NCBI GenBank assembly: GCA_051362555.1
Contig: CM120640.1
Span: 54,104,788 to 54,168,787 of the forward strand
Reading direction: 5' to 3'
Source of the DNA: Lingula anatina
Taxonomy: Eukaryota; Animalia; Brachiopoda
Length of the DNA stretch: 64,000 nt
Shown here piece after piece: positions 36,852 through 64,000 of this stretch (position 1 is its first letter; every line of letters starts with the position of its first letter). A model generated the notes under the pieces. It saw only the letters and a list, made by a program, of their open reading frames with translations, searched no databases and was not told the DNA's origin. The translations under genes were made by a program, and so were the position numbers.

Positions 36852-37461
36852 TTTTAATATTGTTTAAATGTGGGGAATGCTGAATAACATAAGTAAATAT
36901 GGTAACGACTTAATATTTTCAGTGGACAAAATTTATTGATCTTTCAAATACATAATTTAAGAATCATAAAAATTATATTTCTGTATAGCATATATGCTGC
37001 TTTCACTGCATAAAATGGATCTGTAAGGAAGCCTCCTTTCCCATTTTGTTGCTACCACTCAATAGGTGTGTTTTAATTTTAAGAAATTATGACTTAAAAA
37101 TACAATACCAGTAAAATCCACTGTTTCCCCCCCCCCCCCACATTGAAAAGATTAAGCCATTAGCTTATGAATATTATCATTTCTTTATACGTATTTTGTT
37201 TATTTGCAAGTTTCAATGACATTAATGTTGGTCAGATAGGTTTTTCCAATAATTATTTACAAATGCATGTTAAATATATGGTTTTTGATATTTTTGCTTT
37301 ATGAAGTAAAAATTGCACATTCCTTTATCTGATTACCTTATGTTTAAAGTTTTGTAATAATTTTTGTAACAATTTATTTTGCGAAAGGAGACAATAGGAT
37401 TTAAACCTAGAATGGTTAATCAAACTTCTGATTATTGTACTGGGCACTGTTACTGTGCAGC

Positions 37462-37869
37462 TTATTAGTACCACCAGCGTGTACGCTGGCGGTACTCATG
37501 GTTTTAGTCCCGACCCGTATTGTATGGCTCCGCCGGCTCTGCCGACTCCGTGAGCTCCGCCGGCTCCACAGGGTGGCGTGGGATACAAGTCACCGTTACT
37601 GCTTCTCCTCCTAGACCACACGGACCTGTGTCCCCATCTCTTGGATTTAGGTCACATATAGTCTCAACTTGAACCCCCTGTTTTTTTTGTCTCAGTCAGT
37701 GTATTCGCTTGGGCGTGACACTCGATAAAATGCACCCTTGTCAAATTTTTTGAAAATTCAATGCTATATATCTCCTAAACGGAAGGAATTATGGGAAAAA
37801 TAAGTATAGAAGTGTGACTGAAAGTCATACAATATCCGGAGGCGGTATCGCCTCTCTGATCCTCTAGTT
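37462..37869 (+). mobile_element. Helentron-associated non-autonomous element (HINE/DINE-1-like)
   Basis: 5' T-rich start plus palindrome AGTACCACCAGCGT-G-TACGCTGGCGGTACT, short tandem gctccgccg repeats, 3' hairpin GAGGCGGTATCGCCTC followed by CTCTAGTT; no TSD. GC-rich island in AT-rich DNA. Confidence 0.6.
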
Positions 37870-39336
37870 TCCAGGCATGTTAACTTGAAATAGAATGGGA
37901 ATCATCATCATCTTCTCATATGAGACTAGAAAAAGGACAGGAATCTGTGTGAGTTGGGGCCAACTTTTTCACTATCAGGCTGAAACCCTTTGTGCTGGGA
38001 ATGCCATCTTAGAAAGCAATGTAAAAGTGATACAAAAAATGGTGAATTCATACTATTGTGCAGAAATTCAAGATACGGTAACTCAAGAAAAAATTACCTG
38101 AAAATGTCAATGGATTCTTTTCTGTCAGTTTTGATTCACTGACACACTGCAATTGCTATTCTGCCATTATTTGTGGCTCCATTTTCTTCAAAATCCTGCA
38201 AATCTTGCTTCATTTTATACTAAATATAATAAATACATGTACGTAGTATACTAATTTTATACTTATGGTTATCTTGGATAATTCTGATAAATACACTTTA
38301 ACTTACCATTCAATCAGTATTTATTTTTTAAGTGATATTATAGAGACGATCAAAATAATGTATTGTTGAAATTTGACTCAATTTTGTTTGCTTTCATTTA
38401 CTAGTATATTTTTGTTTCTGTTAGCTTTTTAGTTTTGTTATTGAAACTGCTTCATATGCCAGCCAGTAAAATGTTGTCTTCCCAAGTAGAATGTGTGTCT
38501 GTACACTAAACTTTTAGATTTAAAGTGATTTAAAGTGAAACACTACACACAGCATTATTATTCTTGTGCATTGTACATATCAGTATTAGAATCCCTGTCA
38601 TGTGTACTGGTATTTCATTGATTTTTATATACAGACAAGATGATTTGAAAAAAAAGGAAAATGTAATAAACAATAAACAGCTTATAACACAGTAAATTAC
38701 ATGTTTTCCTGACACTTTTCTGTTGACTGGATGAAGATATTTTATTTGGATTGAAGTTTTTTTTCTGTTTGCATACTGGGGATAGTTATATTGTTTGATA
38801 GGCAACATGAATGACAACATTTGTATGTCTACAAACCATTCCTGTGCTGTGATTTTACATTTATGCAATCTAGACACTTGAATAACTTCAATTGTTGAGA
38901 TGTTGCACTATTATATTAAAATTTTGATCAGATGTGACATGTACATTGAATTGTAACTTACATGTACATTGTAACTCTGAAAAAGCAGTAGTGTTTTGAA
39001 CTAAATTTACTTGTACATGCAACTTTTGGGAAATAATTTCGAAAAAAATCACTCTTGTTTCAATTAACTTCTTATTTTAGACTTTTTTCAAAAACAAAAG
39101 TCAAAAATCTGAAAAATTATTTGCCGATGCGGGGTTTCCGACTCATTTTGGGATTTGGCCACGTGACGTAAACAAAATCTTTTGCGTCAGAAGACTAACA
39201 AATATTGAGCAACATCCGGGATAGTTGAATCTAGGCCAGTGCACTTGCGCTCTATGTGTCATAACACGGGCAGGGATAGGAGAGGGAAGAAGTTAAGCTC
39301 ACAACGCATATATTGTTTGTAAATGAGTGTTGTGAC

Positions 39337-52641
<13,305 letters not shown>

Positions 52642-53189
52642 AGTGAGAGGTGATCTGTATGATGCTGTAAGTCACTGTACAGAATAAATCAAAATATAAA
52701 ATGTTGGACATTTGGTATGAAATTGACTTTTGAAGCAGCTAATGATTGTTTTTATAACTCTGTACATAAAGACCAGTGCAAAACATTGCTCTCTTCCATA
52801 TCCTGTTTTATATAAAATTGCATTGAACTTGTCTACAATAAATGTTGATCATGTCTTCATATAGTACTAGAATTAAGTTGATGTATTACATTTTTAATTT
52901 AAGCATTAACTGTAGTGAATCATTACTCAGCAGGGGTGGATTATTCTGAAGTCTGAACTTCAAGCATCTGTTAGACATATTATTTACTTCAACCATCTTC
53001 AGGATGGACGTTCTGCTCCAAATTCAAAACATACTGTGATACCTCCATCTAAAAAAGCTTGTTGAGTCTCTTTTTATGGATGCACTTTATCAGCATCCAG
53101 CATTTTTATTTACAAACTGCATAAAAAACACAAGCTTATTAAATTTGTTTGCTGTCATAAATATTTATTTAGGTTTTTTACATCATAAC

Positions 53190-53338
53190 TTCACTTCTCT
53201 TTTGTTTTACTCTTAATCAAGAGTCAGATTTTATCCCAGGCATGAGGTGAACTATAGGTTTTTAAAACTAATTTCACTTCTCTTTTGTTTTACTTTTAAC
53301 CAAGAGTCAGGTTTTATCCCAGGCACAAGTTGAACTAA
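53190..53338 (+). repeat. Tandem duplication (~83-bp period) in the presumed NEDD4 3'UTR
   Basis: TTCACTTCTCTTTTGTTTTACT..CAAGAGTCAG.TTTTATCCCAGGCA..TGAACTA at 53190 and 53273. Confidence 0.8.
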
Positions 53339-54965
53339 TGAACTGAAATAAGATCAAGCATTACTTTAGGCAACATTCAGTTTCCATGTTTATTAGAGTG
53401 AAAGGAACCCAGTCTCATCACAAGTACTATTTTTATGCCCAAAAAGTTATTTACTCATTTTGTCAAATGCAAGTGTAGGTACAGATGTTGAAAGTTAATA
53501 AAAAGTAGCTCATGGTTGTGTACTTAAACCAACTTATCAAGTGACCCAAGTAGTTAGATTTTGGGTTTTTGACTCTATTTGCAAGGGAGAGTAAAAATTG
53601 TGCCTATTCTATTATAGAACAACAGAAAAGTTATCATGTAGAGTTACACCCTGTACCAAAGTCTTATTGCTCAGAATTGTTTTAACAGTGACATGATAGT
53701 TTAATTCTAACTACTATGAAAAATCCATACCATCAAATTTTGCTTGGCATTCATTATCACTTATAACATCAATTTGGTTGTATTAATTTTAAATGTTTAG
53801 AAATAATTTTTAATCATGCCTCTGTAAAGTTGTCAAATTGGCTCTTTTTTGTCTTGCCCAATTTTGTTTTGAAATTGTCAATTTGGCATATGCTTTTCAA
53901 CAGCTTAAGCACTTTCTTTCTACTTGACAGATGTTTTTGTGGTTTTATTTTGTCATGTTGCTTTTTATCGTTAAATAATGTTATCTTGGACAATTATGAT
54001 GCTGCATTTAGTCACACAAAACATGAAATGTTTTATTATAAGGTCTCTATTCTTATAAAATTTTGATTTTGATGAGTTCATACATTAAATGATTAAATGG
54101 CATGAGAGAATGGATTAACTTGCCTATAAGAGCACATTTTGATAACTGTTAGACCTTCCTTAGAAACACTAGTCTTTGTATTGCATGGGCTAGCTTGATA
54201 ATTTTAAAATATTTTTACCACTAAATTTGTACATTTTGTATATAGTCGCCAATTGTCATCCCAGAATGTGATAATTTAATATTCATTTTATCATAGTTTA
54301 TGTTCTAAAGTAAAATTCATTTATACCTTTGACAGCAAGATATAGTTTTATGTAAAAGTAGCTTACTGAAAGTTTCTTTTTATTAAAATCTTTTATTTAT
54401 TTATTTTTTAGAAGTATTGATGAAATCTGACAAAAGGGATAGATAGGTTGATGTGTTTGATGGTTACTTCATGTGAAACCTTGCTTTTAAACCTACCAGG
54501 TGCAATTGAATTGTAGACACTCCATTGTCTTATTTGGATATTTTAAGCACATAATCTTTACATGGGGTTATAATAAATTGTCTTTGTACAAAAGGAATAA
54601 ATAAATAAAATGAAATAAAGTGCTATTATGTTGATATCTTTTTGTTATTGTGAACTAGTGGTCATCATCTTGGCCACCTATCTAACCTAGCATGTTTGCA
54701 GCAGAGCAAGAATGTAGAGAGTAATCATATTACTGCTTTGATATATGCTATAATTGGCATTTTATTCAGTGCCCGAGATGTGTTGCAATGGTTGCCTTAG
54801 GAATTCTGGCAAACCTAAAGCCCTATGCTATTTATATATTTTAAATATCCACGATTTAAGTAGAAAAATGGGTGGTGATTATGCCTTTAAACACTGTGTA
54901 GGATTGCAACAAAACTGACAAACTATTTTGTGCAGACCAAAAATGTTCATTAATTTGGTAGTTGG

Positions 54966-56429
54966 ATCATAAATGAAAATTATCAAACACAAGCCAAAAA
55001 ACTTTCATACCGTTAGCTTACGGCCAACCTGGACGTAGGCCTTCATCAGACTGATGTGAGCAGATGTTGACACTCACTGACTGCTAGATGGTAGATGACT
55101 GCTAGAGCAACCAGGACCCTCTTAAAAATGTCAGGTAGATCTAAGGACTGAGAATAAAGTGAAGGATATATGGGACTGCTTCTCACACACCTCCCCACGC
55201 AATGTCCCTGCATTGGCACAGTAATTAAATCTCGGCTCCATATGACTGGACGCGTGGGGAGGCATGGTAGAGGCGGAGAGACCATTACATGATTAAGTGG
55301 TCTTCCTTTCATGTAGGGTCTGCCATATTTGATCCTTGAACCAGTTGATACTTGGATATTTTTTTCAGGATGGTCCCTTAAACAAGATCCCAGCCTCATG
55401 GAATGTACTCATCTGTCAGTAGAGGATATCACAGAGCTATTAGAAATTGTATGGAACACCATATACTTTATCTGTAAGGGGGTATTCCATAAGCAGAAAC
55501 ATGGAGCGGCCATTGGCAGTCCAATCAGTCCTAATGTGGCCAATCTGTATATGGAGAACTTTGAGGAAGCCGCACTGGTGTCTATGCCCAATCCTTCACG
55601 TCTTTGGTTGTGATATGTAAATGACATGTTTACCATCTGCCACAGGGACCACATAACTGCTATCACTGACTTCATCAACACTAACAGCCAAGACCCTTAC
55701 ATAAAGTTCACTAGAGAGCTGGAGGAAAACAATCCTATTGCTTTCCTGGACTCATTAATTATACGTGAGAGCGATGGCCATCTGAGTCTGAAAGTCTGCA
55801 GGAAGGCCACACATACCAACCAATACTTAAACTTCCAGTTGCACCACCTGCTACATCAAAAACTAGGGGTTGTAAGAACTTTAAAACACTGGTGCAACAC
55901 GATCATGACTAATGAGGAAGATAAGACATTGGATGAGGCTCTCATGATGTGTGGTTACAATCTGTATTTGTGGTTACAAATATGGGGCGAGTATGGGCAA
56001 GTTATGGAAATGAGACACTTGCGCTTGATCGCAATGTGCGATGCTTTTGAAATATGGGGCCCAGAGTTAGTGAACACAAAATCAGTGACTGTAGGCAATA
56101 CCAGCTCTGCCATTCATGAACGTGTAATAGACACTGGCCACAGTATCGCCTGGAATTCTACCAAGATCCTTGAATCCGAGTCATCTGCAGTCGGAAGTCA
56201 GAAGATACGAGAGGCTATCCACATCAGCCATCACCAGCCACCCATGAATGGGGGGGGGGGGTCCATCTACCTGACATTTATAAGAGGGTCCTGACACTAT
56301 ACCGTCTAGTGGTCAGTATCAACGTCTGCTCACATCAGTCTGATGAAGGCTTACATCCAGGTTGGTAATGGTTGTAAGCTAATGGCACGAAAGTTTTTTG
56401 GGTTATCTTTGATAATTTTCATTTATGAT
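54966..56429 (+). mobile_element. Decayed Penelope-like retroelement (RT plus GIY-YIG remnant) bounded by ~170-bp inverted repeats
   Basis: RT motifs YF..KGVFHKQKHGAAIGSPISPNVANLYMENFE, W*YVNDMF (degraded YVDD), IKFTRE.E.N.IAFLD, KATHTNQYLNF..HH..QKLGVVRTL; C-terminal SAIHER..TGHSIAW..KIL..KIREAIHI. In-frame stop and deletions. Arms 54966-55140 and 56264-56429 are reverse complements. Confidence 0.9.
56330..56395 (+). ncRNA. Degenerate hammerhead-ribozyme-like motif in the Penelope repeat (second copy on minus strand at ~55008-55058)
   Basis: The minus-strand copy reads CTGATGA-A-GGCC(12 nt)GGCC-GTAA-GCT; the CUGANGA box and stem II are present but the GAAA box reads GTAA in both copies. Confidence 0.4.
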
Positions 56430-58174
56430 ATTTAGTGAAGCTCAAACACCGTTATCTGCTACATACATTTGACAGCTTTGCTGCCTTGTAATTTCAATAT
56501 TTAATTTTTTCCGTATTTATACTTGTAAATGATCAGAACACAAGGAACATACATTTGACTTATGGTTGTATGCAATCAGGAGAGGAATGTGAAAGTCAGG
56601 AAAAGGCAGAATGTGAATCAAGATGATTACTTAAAAAGCCCTTTCCTCAAACTAAACCAGGACATTCTCCCTCTCAAAAATAAAGCCAGCAATCTTAAGG
56701 AACTTATGTAAAAGCAATTTTTTGTCTTCAGGTTGCATATTTGGGTACAAATGATCTACTGTGGGGTTTCTAAAGAATTTTGGAAAAATTCCTCAAATTC
56801 ACCGATAATAAATGAAAAGTAAATACAATATGAAATAGTCATTTTATTTGAAACACTATATATATATATAGATATATATTTATAAGACCAATATGACCAA
56901 ACTGGTGTGACCAGAACCACAATTTTAAGGGGCTAAAACAGTTTCATCAAATATTATAGCAGATTCTGTATACTAGACGGCTATATCTCCTAAATATTGA
57001 CAGGCTCCAGAATCCAACATTTGAAATAACAAAAACGCTAACATTTTCATTGTTGTAGCATGAAATAAATCATGGGCTTCTTGTTCAAGCCAAGTTCTAA
57101 AAATATTCATACAAATCCCCATTTTCCACTACTTTTATTCAGATACTTTGGTAAAGAGGTACAAAATATGTGAACTACAAATAAATTACAGAAAGGTTGA
57201 GACAAAAAGATTAGCACAAATTTGCTTTTTCACTGGCTTCATAATAAATAGTGCATGGTTCAAAGCAGTTTTTTCTGTACAATCCTGACTACAGGTGGTG
57301 TCTCAAAGATGGGCAAGACTGTGCAAGTTTTTTATGTTTGCTTCACTGAAGATAATTAATGCAACCTTTTCCATGTGAACCAGCTGCATATCCGGGTTTG
57401 TAACTACAGTTGTCTGTGACCTTAGCAAACATAATTTGGGTCAAGTAAATTACAAAATGGTTTCATATCAGAACAGACAAAATGGGTAATATGTAAAGCT
57501 GACCTTTAGCTGAAGGATCACTTTAACAGATCCATTTCACCTGCGGCCTTAACATAATCACCTTCTTATACAAAACGTTGTAGATTGTACAGACAATAGC
57601 AGCACTTTTTAGTATAAATTTTTCCAAGACTTTCATGGTTAGCATCAAGTTTCAAGACTTAATATAACAATATGAAACAATACCCTGTCCAAATGAATAA
57701 AAAAAAATGTTAAGTCAAAATTTGGCAGCTGAAAATTTTTATTAGCTCATGTAAGCTATTTACTTGAAGTAAAAAATATGCCTTATATATTGCTCTACCT
57801 ATTCAGGTTTTGTCTTTCTTCTTAATATTAAGAGACAATAAATAAAACAGGACCACAATGGCTTTCTTTCATCAGGCATATCATATTCAGCAGTTATATA
57901 GAAACAGAGATGAACATATTCTAGTAATGTGACAAGGTTAGACCTTGACCTGGTACTAAAAAATGAAAAGGAACAAAAGCTCAAGTCCACAATTTTGATT
58001 ACAAATAACACTAACTGTTTCTTCGAACTCTATGCATCAGAAAACTTGGGTATAATATAAATGTTCTACTGGGCTCATGCAACATAAGTCTTTCTCATAT
58101 GTACATAATTATCTACACTTCAACCTGGAAAGATCCTATATCCACAAATTCCATTTATTTTTGTTTCTAATAAT

Positions 58175-61576
<3,402 letters not shown>

Positions 61577-62867
61577 GGCATTAGTTCAGCTTTCCTTGAT
61601 CTAATAATAAATCAAATTTTAAGAGTGAACAGTCCTTCTCTGAATGACTTGAACAACAACGAAAAAAATTCAATGACTGTGCAATATCTATGAAAAGACA
61701 TCAATATCCTGCAAAGATTCCCTTTTTCAGGTTCTCACATTCAACGATTGTTTAACATGTCAGGTCTAGCACACGTCTTCATAAATGTCGCTTTATATAT
61801 CATGGAAACTGAAAGCCATTCCTCTATAAATAGCCATCACTGAAATCTCCTCCCTGCTAAGACTACCAATAAACACCCACATGCCATATGAAATGCCCAG
61901 TAACTGCAGACAAGTTCAATATCAGTCACATGACCTATATTGAAGACAGCCTTCACAAGCCTATAATATTGACTGTAATATACATTAGCAGGGAATACTA
62001 AACTATGCATCCCGCACGTATCAGATTACGATGTTGCTTTACATGTGCTCTGCACCATCCAGGTACTGCTGTCTCCAATACTTCCCACTTCCCTTTTCAA
62101 GCCTTCTTTATCATAACTACAACAACTATTCACTAAAATATTGCCATAACATGTCATGATTTGTGCCTGTCCCCAGTTTGTCAAGAACAAGGCTTTGTCT
62201 GTGTATTACGTCATATTTTGAAAATCATTAAACATTTAACAGTTTTAATGTGTTCCCATTGCATTGGCAGAGTTTAAAATAAAATGGGCAGCACTACCAA
62301 AAAGCTAAACAAAGATAACATTTGCTGTTTAAATTCAAATAATGATGAGTGTTATTTATAAATCATTTGTAATAAACTTACTCATACTCTTATGTGAAAG
62401 TAGAGAAATTCAGAAATAACCTCTCATGACTAGAATCCTCTGACCAAAATACTAAGCAGTTTTGTATTTGTAGTCTACTTGGTTTCACATCTTTCTTTCA
62501 ATTTTTCAGCAAAATGTTCAAAATATTTAACTTGGACTAAAATATTTTGAACCTCTAAGTCTTTATTAATTTTTTCTCATCATTTGATAAGAAAAAGTTA
62601 CTTTTCTTGAACTGACATAATGCTAGACCAACTTCATGTATCAATGCAGACAGATGTTCTTGATTCAACTGATACCTCTGTATTCCCTAAAAGATGTTAT
62701 TATCAACACTATGGAATGCTACTGAAGGTCCCTTTTTACTTCAGTGTTACTGGAATAAAAATACAAAAATAAAATACCATTCAATCCCAAAGAAATGCCA
62801 CAGTTTTAAATACTCTTGTCTAGTTAAAATACTCTAAATACTCTGGAAGTACCAAAATGCCAGTTTT

Positions 62868-62898
<31 letters not shown>

Positions 62899-64000
62899 CA
62901 ATGCAGAAATGTCAAAGAAAAATGTTGATACCAGTCAAGGTCCTGTTATACTAGAAAAAACAGTGAAAGAAACCTACAACATGTCTTCCCACCTTACAAC
63001 TTTTTACAAGAACATAGCTACTACTTGACAAATTCTTTAAGATTCTTTAAATCAAAGCAATTCATGTTTTGGCTTTATTTCAATTGACTAAGTCTTCAGC
63101 TAACATCTACATCAATGAAAAAATTTGTGCCTTTTAAATGCTACATTCTAAGACTACAGCTAAGCAGACCCAGCACCAACTTCTTGTGTTTCAGAAAATA
63201 TATTACCAAAATACCAAATTAAAAAGAAAGTTCTTACGATTCCCCAAATTGTGTCAGATGAAAATGTTTCCACTGTCATTGCTACAAGCATCATTATTAG
63301 CCTCCTGGAGTATGGGACTAGATTGTTAAATCTCAAAAAATTATCAATATATGTAGTAATACATCATACATATATCAATCTTATATTCAATGCTATTTGG
63401 CATTTCACAAGAAAGGCAGGCAAAAATAACCAAGTTTAGCTTGATTTTGAATCTGAAAGCTCTACAGTACATTACTTAGGTGTTCCATAAACTGTTAAAA
63501 TTACAACATCAGAACAGCTACAAAGATATCTGCCTAAAAATTGTGAAATTTAGGTAGTAAGACATACGGATTACAAATATGTTTCATGAATATAAGATAT
63601 TATCTACTAAGAATCCTTTCTATTACTTGCTCATCCATATTAAACACATAGAGCACTTACTGGCCAAACCCTTCACCCTCCATCTTGTAAGATGAAACAC
63701 ATTACCTGTAATTAGGATCCTAGACCCAATGCAAGGTCTACAAGGAATTAACTTTTTCTCATTAAGACTTTCTATAAATTCTACATCCTAAAATACACAA
63801 GTTTATCAACTTAATGTCAGGAGTCTCCCTTGCCTCTTGGTCACAAGCACTGTACAAAGACTTGCTCCTTTGTCTGAATCAATAAAACTGGTGACCTACA
63901 TTAACCCTCATACAATGTTACAGAAATGTGCCTGGCTCAAGCATGACCAGTGAGCAAAGGGTTTCACAAGGAAAGTGTCTCTCAAAAAAGTATTTTACAT

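Overview
AT-rich animal genomic DNA, not prokaryotic: many GT-AG introns, microsatellites and small DNA transposons. Gene and repeat content suggest an invertebrate, plausibly a mollusc-like lophotrochozoan (inference). Hand-spliced gene models, left to right: 3' end of an LRRK1-like gene (+); a small orphan ORF (-); a 4-exon orphan gene (-); an intronless, membrane-anchored, bacterial-looking glutathione S-transferase (-); an intronless class A GPCR (+); an intronless type II membrane copper amine oxidase (+); an HMG20-like HMG-box protein with an added matrin-type zinc finger (-), head-to-head with an EPHX3/4-like epoxide hydrolase (+); a 24-exon NEDD4-family HECT ligase (+); a decayed Penelope-like retroelement with inverted terminal repeats and degenerate hammerhead motifs; and GATAD2/p66 (-). 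The 6-27 kb block looks accessory: orphans, intronless genes, dense MITEs and palindromes (Kolobok-, Harbinger-, Mutator-, hAT5- and P-like signatures). Best leads are the candidate horizontally acquired GST, the HMG20 plus zinc finger architecture, the Penelope hammerhead repeats, a 27-bp P-element-like excision footprint and a duplicated WW cassette exon in NEDD4. All family assignments come from motif recognition by eye; no searches were run.
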